From: a phage
Reading direction: 5' to 3' (one strand)
Sequence record: OZ470806.1
DNA: 49,949 nt
Each line of letters starts with the position of its first letter. Position 1 is the first letter of the stretch. Below are positions 38,362 to 45,904 of the stretch, piece by piece. The translations under genes and the position numbers were made by a program. The notes beneath the pieces are model-generated. The model did no database searches, was not told the DNA's origin, and saw nothing but the letters and a program-made list of their open reading frames with translations.

Positions 38362-38579
38362 TTGATCCGCTCTATGCTAACTAAGATTTTTTCTGGTTCC
38401 TTTGCACTATGGCAATGCGCGGTTACAGAATCAACAAAATCAAAGTAAAGTGATTTGTGATATGAGAATCCAATCAGCCACCCAACCATCGTTTTCTTTA
38501 TTGGCCTGACTATATCGCCAGGATTGAAGGTTTTTGTTGCTGAATGAGTCACCTTATAGCGATATTCAGCCTTGATCAC
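38358..38579 (-). CDS. hypothetical protein
   Basis: 73 aa; coupled to upstream gene; stop embedded in conserved element. Confidence 0.4.
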   Translation of the reverse strand: MIKAEYRYKVTHSATKTFNPGDIVRPIKKTMVGWLIGFSYHKSLYFDFVDSVTAHCHSAKEPEKILVSIERIK

Positions 38580-38962
38580 TTATACATAGCCTCAAACAAA
38601 TGACAGCCACCAGCGGAAAATCCAACTTCTTCGCGGTATAGCGTCCAGCGGTCGCCAGACTCATCAAACACATAACCAGCAACAGCGCCAAGCGCGCGGC
38701 CTTGCTCAATCTGGTAACGCTTTCCTTCTTTGAAATGCTTTTTGCACGGGATCTTGTGATCTACAAATGTGCATTTAATTGTTTTTGTCTTGATGTGACG
38801 ATAGTCAGACTCAACAGCGTTTTGCCACTTGCTACCCTTTGTAATGCTCTTTACCTGGAATTGTTCCAACTCGATCACATCATCGCTACCAGCAATTTTT
38901 TCGTATACAGCTTTATAACGACCGTTCATCAAAACGTTGGTTTTATTGCAGATAACTTTCAT
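38576..38962 (-). CDS. hypothetical protein
   Basis: 128 aa; RBS AAAGGAGAAA. Confidence 0.45.
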   Translation of the reverse strand: MKVICNKTNVLMNGRYKAVYEKIAGSDDVIELEQFQVKSITKGSKWQNAVESDYRHIKTKTIKCTFVDHKIPCKKHFKEGKRYQIEQGRALGAVAGYVFDESGDRWTLYREEVGFSAGGCHLFEAMYK

Positions 38963-38993
38963 CTTTTATTTCTCCTTTCGTTTCGGTGAAATG

Positions 38994-39037
38994 ATTATGC
39001 CAGGCTTTTACACCTGGCTTTTAACAAAAAGTGCTAT
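38994..39037 (-). promoter_or_regulatory. promoter with conserved 20-bp element (minus strand)
   Basis: minus-strand ATAGCACTTTTTGTTAAAA + GCCAGGTGTAAAAGCCTGGC + CATAAT; near-identical to copy at 42471-42514. Confidence 0.45.
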
Positions 39038-39744
39038 TTTGCGTTAGCTTCAAAGACGGCGCGAGCAAAACCTCGCGGAGTGAGGGAGCGGATCATCTTT
39101 GTGCGAGATGATTTTCCGCCAGTTTTGGCCCAGCCTGGATTATCTTTGTCATTCTCTTTCGGCAGGATTAAAGCGCGCGGAGGAATAACAAATCCGTTTC
39201 CAGTCCAAAGGCATGTTTTCTTAAAGTACCGATCCCGCGCAGGAATAATATCAGGGAAGTCGGGATGCTTATCATCTTCCGGCAGATAGCCAGCATAATC
39301 GCACGGATGGAACGTATAATCAGGCTTACGCCATAACGTTGACAGCTTGCCTACAGGATTTTCGATCATGTAAGGAACGCCGAAATAATCAGCGATATGC
39401 GCCGCGATTCTGCAAGTGTCGGCGGCCTCATCCTGGAAAGAGGGATTCTCAAGGCGTTTTTTGGACCAATGGCGAGATCCGCTATTTGCAAGGTCAGTGC
39501 ACGGCGGAAATGCCATAATGAAATCAGGCTTACCCCAATTTTCAAGTTTTGCGGTATATTTGAATAGCTCATCAATCCACACATTAACGTAAAAAATATT
39601 ATCATGGATTATGCGCACTGATTGGTAATCTCCGTGATCGGCATCATCGTAATTAAAGCAAATGCATTTATATCCAGCATCAGCCCAATCTTTAACGGCT
39701 TTACCAGATCCATCAAACAAAGAGAATATTAAACCTTTATACAT
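39034..39744 (-). CDS. minimal DNA (cytosine-5)-methyltransferase-like protein
   Basis: 236 aa; FSLFDGSG (motif I-like), FPPCTDLANSG (PC motif with Thr in place of Gln), MIENPVG (ENV-like), GNGFVIPP (motif X-like); no large target-recognition domain. Confidence 0.5.
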   Translation of the reverse strand: MYKGLIFSLFDGSGKAVKDWADAGYKCICFNYDDADHGDYQSVRIIHDNIFYVNVWIDELFKYTAKLENWGKPDFIMAFPPCTDLANSGSRHWSKKRLENPSFQDEAADTCRIAAHIADYFGVPYMIENPVGKLSTLWRKPDYTFHPCDYAGYLPEDDKHPDFPDIIPARDRYFKKTCLWTGNGFVIPPRALILPKENDKDNPGWAKTGGKSSRTKMIRSLTPRGFARAVFEANAK

Positions 39745-39753
39745 TTCATCACC

Positions 39754-39978
39754 TCAAAACGGAAAGCATCTAGGACAGTTCGGATCAAAATTGCAACCAC
39801 AATCATTAACAATCATAGTTGGATCTGCAAATGCAGCGCCGCATTCATGGTCCATATCCATTTCACCCAACGCATCATCAAGCGTCCTGATTTTATATGC
39901 CACTTCAAGCGCAGCCTCTTTATTCAGTCCGGCATCTTCCGCTTTTTGCAGTCGCTCAAAAAAACCGTCTTGACTCAT
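39754..39978 (-). CDS. hypothetical protein with Cys-rich C-terminus
   Basis: 74 aa; RBS AAGGAG; C-terminal CGCNFDPNCPRC. Confidence 0.45.
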   Translation of the reverse strand: MSQDGFFERLQKAEDAGLNKEAALEVAYKIRTLDDALGEMDMDHECGAAFADPTMIVNDCGCNFDPNCPRCFPF

Positions 39979-40088
39979 TTAATAAACTCCTTAATAACAG
40001 CAATGATAATTACAAGCCCAGCAGTAAAAACAAGCAAACCGACAAGGCCAATCATAACACCAAATAAAATATCAAGCGTCTTAATCAT
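39975..40088 (-). CDS. small hydrophobic membrane peptide (37 aa)
   Basis: MIKTLDILFGVMIGLVGLLVFTAGLVIIIAVIKEFIK; stop overlaps next start (ATGA); RBS GGTGA; below ORF-track cutoff. Confidence 0.4.
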   Translation of the reverse strand: MIKTLDILFGVMIGLVGLLVFTAGLVIIIAVIKEFIK

Positions 40089-40099
40089 TTATTCACCAT

Positions 40100-40126
40100 T
40101 GATAAAATGGGAGGCGGAAACCTCCC
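40100..40126 (-). terminator. rho-independent terminator (minus strand)
   Basis: perfect hairpin GGGAGG-tttccg-CCTCCC followed by ATTTTAT on minus strand. Confidence 0.55.
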
Positions 40127-40135
40127 ATTGGTTAA

Positions 40136-40363
40136 TCATACAGCTTTCCAGCTTTCAATAAACATGCTGTTTTCTTCCAGAAGTTTAATCAATTCTTCGC
40201 GCGTGTATTTGCGGATTTTACTACCTGGATGTGATCCAACAACAAACACACCTTTACCACTCGTGATTGTCAACTGGTTGATTCCACAAGATTTATCCAT
40301 CTTAATGGCGACGCGGTGATGTGAATCAACAGTGTTCATGATGTTAGTAACTTTAGCTTTCAT
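40136..40363 (-). CDS. hypothetical protein
   Basis: ATG 40363 (MKAKV) after RBS GAGGA. Confidence 0.4.
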   Translation of the reverse strand: MKAKVTNIMNTVDSHHRVAIKMDKSCGINQLTITSGKGVFVVGSHPGSKIRKYTREELIKLLEENSMFIESWKAV

Positions 40364-40537
40364 TATGCAATCCTCATTATATTTGGTGTGATAACTATAC
40401 CAGGTTTGAGAAATATTGTTTAGCAATTCGTGCTATCAGTTGAAATAGCTATGGCGCTTTGCTCGCTTGCCGTCTCCGCCATAATGATCATTTGCAACCG
40501 CCACCATCCAGGCATTATGGAATATTATTAGCTTCAT

Positions 40538-40819
40538 CTAATTAATACCAACAACGTTAAAACTCACAGCTTTTGTTGCGCTAAATACATACGCTTCAAC
40601 AGCTTCACCAAATACGCGAATTTTTCCATAACCGTACTGCGCATTCATATTGCGCCAAACCGTCCTGTTAGAGCAGAACGCGTTACCAGTCTTGATAAGA
40701 TTATCCATCTCTTTTCTTAGATCATGATAATCAAGCCAAAATCTATAAGCGCGTTGTTTAATGAGTTTCGCCTTGATTGTTTCGGCTGAGTTTTTAAAAT
40801 CGCTGTTTTTGTAGGCCAT
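40538..40819 (-). CDS. hypothetical protein
   Basis: 93 aa; TAATG coupling with upstream gene. Confidence 0.4.
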   Translation of the reverse strand: MAYKNSDFKNSAETIKAKLIKQRAYRFWLDYHDLRKEMDNLIKTGNAFCSNRTVWRNMNAQYGYGKIRVFGEAVEAYVFSATKAVSFNVVGIN

Positions 40820-41013
40820 TACACAACATCCATAATAGTATTGAATCCACGCAGTTTGAAAGAGTTTCCATGTTTAACAACGTTCCATGTCAGGCCGGAG
40901 TGATACGCAACCATATCCTCAAGATCAATGGTGATGATAGCGCCTTTCTTAAAGATTCCTTTCTCGTGAGTGGTGTCACGCTGTACAACTTTAACATCAA
41001 CTTGATTTTCCAT
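40819..41013 (-). CDS. hypothetical protein
   Basis: ATG 41013 (MENQVDV) after RBS GAGGA; the longer ORF-track version reads through the promoter element. Confidence 0.4.
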   Translation of the reverse strand: MENQVDVKVVQRDTTHEKGIFKKGAIITIDLEDMVAYHSGLTWNVVKHGNSFKLRGFNTIMDVV

Positions 41014-41044
41014 TTTTAAATCCTCGTTCGTTGTCGATGCGCTT

Positions 41045-41088
41045 AATATACCAATCAGAGGCGCATCGGTTTTAACAAAAAGTGCTAT
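41045..41088 (-). promoter_or_regulatory. promoter with conserved 20-bp element (minus strand)
   Basis: minus-strand ATAGCACTTTTTGTTAAAAC + spacer + TATATT inside dyad CGATGCGC/GCGCATCG. Confidence 0.45.
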
Positions 41089-41364
41089 TTGCTGACTGGT
41101 CATTATTCCATCTATTCCATTAATCAGGAATAACATGAATAACTCATTCGCGATCACTTGGATTGTGAGACTTTGAGTTTGGTCAATTTTAATCAAGTGA
41201 TTAACTTTTTGTGTGGAGGGGATAGAGAAACGCGGCCCTCTTGCGTCCTTTCCGGCAATCCTGGCGCGCGCATCTGTTATTTCTGTTCCACATGTTATCT
41301 CAAATAAGCCTCCGCACTTTTAGATAACAGAATCGGCGTTCATCAACAAAAAGAACAAAATAAA

Positions 41365-41550
41365 ATTTATATATATACCAATAAAATCAATAAGTTAGTT
41401 ATATATGTATTTATATTTGTTATTTACTGTTGAGCTTGTTCTATGGGTATATGGTGGGGTGGTGTTGTTTGTGGTGATATGTATGTGTGATTGTATATTT
41501 TTTAATCAATGGTGATGTGTGGTGATTTTTGTATGTATATATATGGGTAT
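41365..41550. repeat. AT/TG-rich intergenic repeat region, copy 2
   Basis: AAATCAATAAGTTAG at 41384-41398; GGTGAT-type and GTATATATAT blocks as in 21040-21190. Confidence 0.5.
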
Positions 41551-41743
41551 GGAGCAATCCTCCGTCAACCAAGTCAACAAGGTCATTTTTAACATAAAAA
41601 CCAATGACTTAACTGAGGCATTTTGTTATCTTTAAACGCGCCACATGCCAAAAATTGTTATTAAAACACAAAAATACATTGACACGTATGAAAGGCAAGG
41701 CAATAATGCATCCAGTTTAAACGCAACAAAAGGAGTAGACGCC

Positions 41744-42214
41744 ATGAGCGAAGAAAATATTAGCGCCATGTCGCGTAGTGAGTTCTGCGATATGCTTCGC
41801 AGCCTGGGCGCGGCAATTGGTAGCGGCGAGCGTAACAATGTATTCATGCCAGCACTTTTCTTGTGCGCTAACGTGGAGAACGGCGACGCAATTACAGCAT
41901 CGTACATGCGCCAGGTTGTCAACCGTGTGCCAGAAGTAAAGCAAAAAGGCGTGATCAGCATTAAGCGAAAGGTGACTGATGAGGGTGATGGCTTTGTGTT
42001 TGCGCTCACTGAAGCCAAAAGCAAGCCTCGCGTGCTGACTGGAGACGATATAGCGAAACTTGAAATCAAGTGGCGAGCAAAGTTTATTGCTCAACTTCTG
42101 AAAACTCAGCCGAGAATAAGCGATCTGGAAGGCGAGCGCCTGGAGGGTGCAGCAATCGCACTTGAGCGAATGAATGAAATGCTTAACGAGATGATAAAGA
42201 TGGGGGATGAATAA
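41744..42214 (+). CDS. hypothetical early protein
   Basis: ATG 41744 (MSEEN) after RBS AAGGAG; first gene after divergent AT-rich region. Confidence 0.45.
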   Translation: MSEENISAMSRSEFCDMLRSLGAAIGSGERNNVFMPALFLCANVENGDAITASYMRQVVNRVPEVKQKGVISIKRKVTDEGDGFVFALTEAKSKPRVLTGDDIAKLEIKWRAKFIAQLLKTQPRISDLEGERLEGAAIALERMNEMLNEMIKMGDE

Positions 42215-42474
42215 TGAATAAGGCATTAATTGGAGTTTTGATTGCAATCGCTACCCTGACCGGATGCGAAAAGGCATCTGAATCAACAGTTGTCGTAGGA
42301 GTGGAGTCAGATTTCAAAGTCGGTCGCCTGTTTACTGTTGATGGATGTACTGCGTACCGATTCTATGACAACGGTCGAGCAATCTATTACACCAATTGTA
42401 ATGGCGCAACGGATAGCACATACCGCAGCGGCAAAAACGTAATGCACCAACAAGTCACAACAGATATGAAATAG
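42214..42474 (+). CDS. small lipoprotein (second exclusion-type candidate)
   Basis: 86 aa; signal peptide plus lipobox LTGC closely resembling that of 20640-20867; two Cys in mature part. Confidence 0.5.
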   Translation: MNKALIGVLIAIATLTGCEKASESTVVVGVESDFKVGRLFTVDGCTAYRFYDNGRAIYYTNCNGATDSTYRSGKNVMHQQVTTDMK

Positions 42475-42514
42475 CACTTTTTGTTAAAACGCCAGGTGCA
42501 AAACCTGGCATAAT
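42471..42514 (+). promoter_or_regulatory. promoter with conserved 20-bp element
   Basis: ATAGCACTTTTTGTTAAAAC + GCCAGGTGCAAAACCTGGC + CATAAT. Confidence 0.45.
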
Positions 42515-42546
42515 AGCCTCATCGAAACGAGATTGAGGAAAACAAA

Positions 42547-42732
42547 ATGGCACGTCGCATCACCAAAGACCTTAAAGTCCTGAACAAAGAAAACGTAGTT
42601 AAAATCCTGGTTATCTGGGGCTACAACGAAGAAACAGCAAAGCAGAAGGTAGAGGCAGGTTATGACCTGGCTGTAAAAGCAATGCCAAACGACGACGCCA
42701 AAGGCATTGCAAACTATGTGGCTTTCTTTTAA
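42547..42732 (+). CDS. hypothetical protein
   Basis: 61 aa; RBS GAGGAAAACAAA. Confidence 0.4.
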   Translation: MARRITKDLKVLNKENVVKILVIWGYNEETAKQKVEAGYDLAVKAMPNDDAKGIANYVAFF

Positions 42733-42747
42733 TTAGCGGGTGAATAA

Positions 42748-42933
42748 ATGAAAACGAAATTAGTCCATAAATCAGAAATCAAGATCGGCGATACTGTGAT
42801 TCACAACGGCGAGCTTAGAACGGTTGGCAAAGAGTCAATAAGCCACGATGAATTTATGGGGATCTTGTTGTTCGGTGACTCTTATCGGTTGGGCTATAAA
42901 ATGGTTGAGCTTGTGGAAGAGGTCAAATTCTAA
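42748..42933 (+). CDS. hypothetical protein
   Basis: 61 aa; RBS GGGTGAATAA. Confidence 0.4.
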   Translation: MKTKLVHKSEIKIGDTVIHNGELRTVGKESISHDEFMGILLFGDSYRLGYKMVELVEEVKF

Positions 42934-42977
42934 ATAGCACTTTTTGTTAAAACTCAAAAACGATAACCAGGCATAAT
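42934..42977 (+). promoter_or_regulatory. promoter with conserved 20-bp element
   Basis: ATAGCACTTTTTGTTAAAAC + 19-nt spacer + CATAAT. Confidence 0.45.
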
Positions 42978-43031
42978 ACATCACATAGGGCGGCACGGCG
43001 TGCCCAGTTAAACCAATCAGGAGAAAGCACC

Positions 43032-43937
43032 ATGTTAAAATTAGCTGACATCAAATTCCCGATCACCTTCCAATCTCGCGGCGTTGGTCACTTCATGTTT
43101 TCCGACAAAAATACATGCACTAAGTTTAACGAATACGGAAAGCCTGATGTTTCAACAATGGAGATTGAGCACTTCATTGATGCGCATAACAAGTACTACA
43201 ACTCGCTTAAAGACTATGGATACGCAATGCCAGGCTACACTTGCTTGCACTATAAGCCATACAGGGGCCAGGTGTTACCAGTGCGCTCAACTGAGCGATC
43301 AGAGATTCATACGGTCGAGATGAAAACCTGCGACTACAAAAAGCTGTGGTGCTTAAGTGTGGACAATATCAAGTATCCGATCACGTTCTACACGGTTGGT
43401 AATTCAACGATTCGCTTCACATCGCGCGACAATGGCGTTTATAGCGATGGTCAGAAATCGGAGTTGAAAGTTGATTTCTTTGTCAATGGTCACAACAAAT
43501 TCAATCCGCACAACGAAAAGGATAAAGTGTATTACGTGGAAGATATTACGAAACACTTGTTTGGAGATGCGCCAATTGGCGGAGGTAAATCATATTTTGC
43601 GCAGGCGATAGATAACGCCGCTCGACGTATTGGTGAGCAGATTCACAGTCAAACAATTAAGGCGTCCGGAGGATGGCGTATTGATAAGAGCGCCTTTGCC
43701 CATCAAGAAATCGTAACTCATGGCGCAATTGAAGACATGCCGCTTGCCGCCACGCTAAAAGGCGTCCAAATTGCGGATGGCACATGGTTTGAATTAACGG
43801 CAAAGCCAAAGACGATCGAGATTCATGATGACGTTGTTATTCTTCTGCTTCATTATGGCAGTGCGAAAAACCGGACTGTTGCAGGAGAGATCAGCATCAA
43901 GCGCGGAACGATGGTTAAGTGGAAGGTTAAAGTGTAA
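43032..43937 (+). CDS. hypothetical protein with internal tandem duplication
   Basis: 301 aa; DIKFPITFQSRGVGHFMFSDKN and DNIKYPITFYTVGNSTIRFTSRDNG repeat units. Confidence 0.45.
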   Translation: MLKLADIKFPITFQSRGVGHFMFSDKNTCTKFNEYGKPDVSTMEIEHFIDAHNKYYNSLKDYGYAMPGYTCLHYKPYRGQVLPVRSTERSEIHTVEMKTCDYKKLWCLSVDNIKYPITFYTVGNSTIRFTSRDNGVYSDGQKSELKVDFFVNGHNKFNPHNEKDKVYYVEDITKHLFGDAPIGGGKSYFAQAIDNAARRIGEQIHSQTIKASGGWRIDKSAFAHQEIVTHGAIEDMPLAATLKGVQIADGTWFELTAKPKTIEIHDDVVILLLHYGSAKNRTVAGEISIKRGTMVKWKVKV

Positions 43938-43980
43938 ATAGCACGAATTGTTAAAACTCAAATGTGGGGCCAGGTATAAT
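43938..43980 (+). promoter_or_regulatory. promoter with conserved element variant
   Basis: ATAGCACGAATTGTTAAAAC + spacer with GGCC dyad + TATAAT. Confidence 0.45.
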
Positions 43981-44010
43981 GGCCTCACTTTCAACGAAGG
44001 AGATAAAACG

Positions 44011-44241
44011 ATGTACATTAGCAAGAAGATGAAATGCGTTTCCGTTAATTATGGTTGTGCTGGAATGTTCAAGCCTGGCGAAATCTATACGGCGCAAAAA
44101 CTGAAATCATCAACCGGATCTTTTTACGTGAGCAATAGTAAGGGGCATCGCATGTTCCTGAACGGTGGCAAAGGCACTAAGGTTATGGCGCACGCTATGG
44201 TGATTGCTGAATTTGAGGAGGTGAAGGATGGAGACAAATAA
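44011..44241 (+). CDS. hypothetical protein
   Basis: ATG 44011 after RBS GAAGGAGATAAAACG. Confidence 0.4.
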   Translation: MYISKKMKCVSVNYGCAGMFKPGEIYTAQKLKSSTGSFYVSNSKGHRMFLNGGKGTKVMAHAMVIAEFEEVKDGDK

Positions 44242-44449
44242 GCGCGTTAAACACAAGTTTATTGATAATCATGGCGATGCACTTGAGGTATACAAGTTCG
44301 GCGACCGTGTGTTTATTGATGGCACGTTTGAAGGTGGGCGCAGGCCGGATTTTAGGTCGATACTCACCATTGACCAGGTGCGCAAGCTGGCGGATAAGTT
44401 AAATGATCTGGCAGATGAAATCGAATACAAGCAAATTCATTTTAATTGA
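44228..44449 (+). CDS. hypothetical protein
   Basis: 73 aa; RBS GAGGAGGTGAAGG. Confidence 0.4.
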   Translation: METNKRVKHKFIDNHGDALEVYKFGDRVFIDGTFEGGRRPDFRSILTIDQVRKLADKLNDLADEIEYKQIHFN

Positions 44450-44460
44450 TAGGTTTGATA

Positions 44461-45000
44461 ATGAAAAAATACGAATTTGAACTTTGGGGAAGCAAATACC
44501 ATTTTTCCACGAGCAAGCCGATTGTTATCGTTGACCTGGACGGAACGTTATCAGACGGAACGCATCGCTTGCACCTGCTTCCGACAGAAGATTTGCACCT
44601 TACAGAAAGCTGGTCTGAGTTCAATAAGGCGGCTGTTGGCGATTCGCCGATTAAGAGCACGGTTTCAGTAGTTAACGGATTGTGGATGTCAGGATTTGCC
44701 ATCGTTATCCTGACCGGACGCAGCGATGAGGTGATGGCTGACACCTGCGGCTGGTTAAATTATAACGGCATCAAGTACGACGCGTTAATCATGCGCCGCA
44801 AGGAAGATAACCGAAAAGACACGATCATCAAAGAGGAAGTCTTGCGAGCTATCGGGCTGGAAAACATTGTGTGCGCTTTTGATGATTCGCCGAACGTGGT
44901 TAAGCACTTCCGCAGCCTGGGAATCACAACCTATCAGGTCACGGAATACGACAAGCCACATAATCACATCCAATCGCACGGCGTGGATGAATTAAAATAG
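44461..45000 (+). CDS. HAD-superfamily phosphatase (putative nucleotidase)
   Basis: IVIVDLDGTLSDG motif (DxDGT); ATG 44461. Confidence 0.55.
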   Translation: MKKYEFELWGSKYHFSTSKPIVIVDLDGTLSDGTHRLHLLPTEDLHLTESWSEFNKAAVGDSPIKSTVSVVNGLWMSGFAIVILTGRSDEVMADTCGWLNYNGIKYDALIMRRKEDNRKDTIIKEEVLRAIGLENIVCAFDDSPNVVKHFRSLGITTYQVTEYDKPHNHIQSHGVDELK

Positions 45001-45040
45001 CACTTTTTGCAAAAACAGATTGTCGGGCTTGCGGTATAGT
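44997..45040 (+). promoter_or_regulatory. promoter with conserved element variant
   Basis: ATAGCACTTTTTGCAAAAAC + 19-nt spacer + TATAGT. Confidence 0.45.
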
Positions 45041-45071
45041 AAGACCATCGACAACAAACGAGGATTAAACA

Positions 45072-45335
45072 ATGGCTAACAAGATCGAGTTTTTTAAAGC
45101 GGTAGACGTTATTGATGGCGCTCCTAGCTTCTTTGCCATCCATTCTATTGACGGCAATGATATTGGGTACAATGTTATCCGTCGAGATGGAATCTCAAAA
45201 CTTAGTGACCTTGTGAGCTTTATTGTGGCAAATGGTAAATGTGCATGGCACGATTCGCCACGAGAGCCGCGCCGCCGCGACATGCAAAATCCAGTTCTGC
45301 TTTACACGCTGGTAATTGAAGGAGTCAACAAATGA
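45072..45335 (+). CDS. hypothetical protein
   Basis: 87 aa; RBS GAGGATTAAACA. Confidence 0.4.
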   Translation: MANKIEFFKAVDVIDGAPSFFAIHSIDGNDIGYNVIRRDGISKLSDLVSFIVANGKCAWHDSPREPRRRDMQNPVLLYTLVIEGVNK

Positions 45336-45517
45336 TTTGGTTACTTGTATTTTTAGTGGTTTTCTTTTATATTTCAGGCTTATTCATCTTCCGAGCGCTG
45401 GTGAAAACATGCGATTGCACGGATAAAGATCAGCCTCTTGTTCTGATGTTCTGGTTTGTGTGGTTTTGGGTGGCGCTTTATCAGATTGTGAGCGAAAAAA
45501 GCCGATTTAAGTGGTGA
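45332..45517 (+). CDS. small membrane protein
   Basis: 61 aa; two hydrophobic segments; ATGA coupling. Confidence 0.4.
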   Translation: MIWLLVFLVVFFYISGLFIFRALVKTCDCTDKDQPLVLMFWFVWFWVALYQIVSEKSRFKW

Positions 45518-45572
45518 TTCTTGCTATAGCGCATTCATGCAGTGCGCTATGTTGAGATAACAACAGGAGATC

Positions 45573-45710
45573 ATGAAGATGCGAAACTTCGAAAAAATCG
45601 TAACCAAGAAGAAGCGCTACAGCTATGATGAGCACCGCGAGATGAATCAACGCTATCGCAAGAAGCTACAGCGCCCAGGCAAACATTCAAGCAGACATGG
45701 AGACAACTAA
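45573..45710 (+). CDS. small basic protein (45 aa)
   Basis: ATG with strong RBS AGGAGATC; Lys/Arg-rich; stop abuts next ATG; below ORF-track cutoff. Confidence 0.4.
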   Translation: MKMRNFEKIVTKKKRYSYDEHREMNQRYRKKLQRPGKHSSRHGDN

Positions 45711-45902
45711 ATGCAATTGCCACAATTTGACGAAAAAAGCGAAGAGATTGACAAAACTGCAAGTCACCTTCGAGAGCTTGCCGACATGATAGAGCGCGGT
45801 CAGGTTATGATTGTCAATATGACGATTAAAAGCGAGAATAGAAATTTCAAGGTTTTAAGCGAGACAACAGAAATTACTGTATTGAAAGCAAGAGGTGAAT
45901 AA
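45711..45902 (+). CDS. hypothetical protein
   Basis: 63 aa; coupled to neighbours. Confidence 0.4.
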   Translation: MQLPQFDEKSEEIDKTASHLRELADMIERGQVMIVNMTIKSENRNFKVLSETTEITVLKARGE

Positions 45903-45904
45903 AT

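Noticed and set aside
36191-41196. Long N-terminal extensions of minus-strand ORFs 40819-41196 and 36707-38344 as given in the ORF track
   Set aside because: The extensions read through the conserved promoter element or lack an RBS; internal ATGs (41013, 38290) have good RBSs and lie downstream of the predicted promoters
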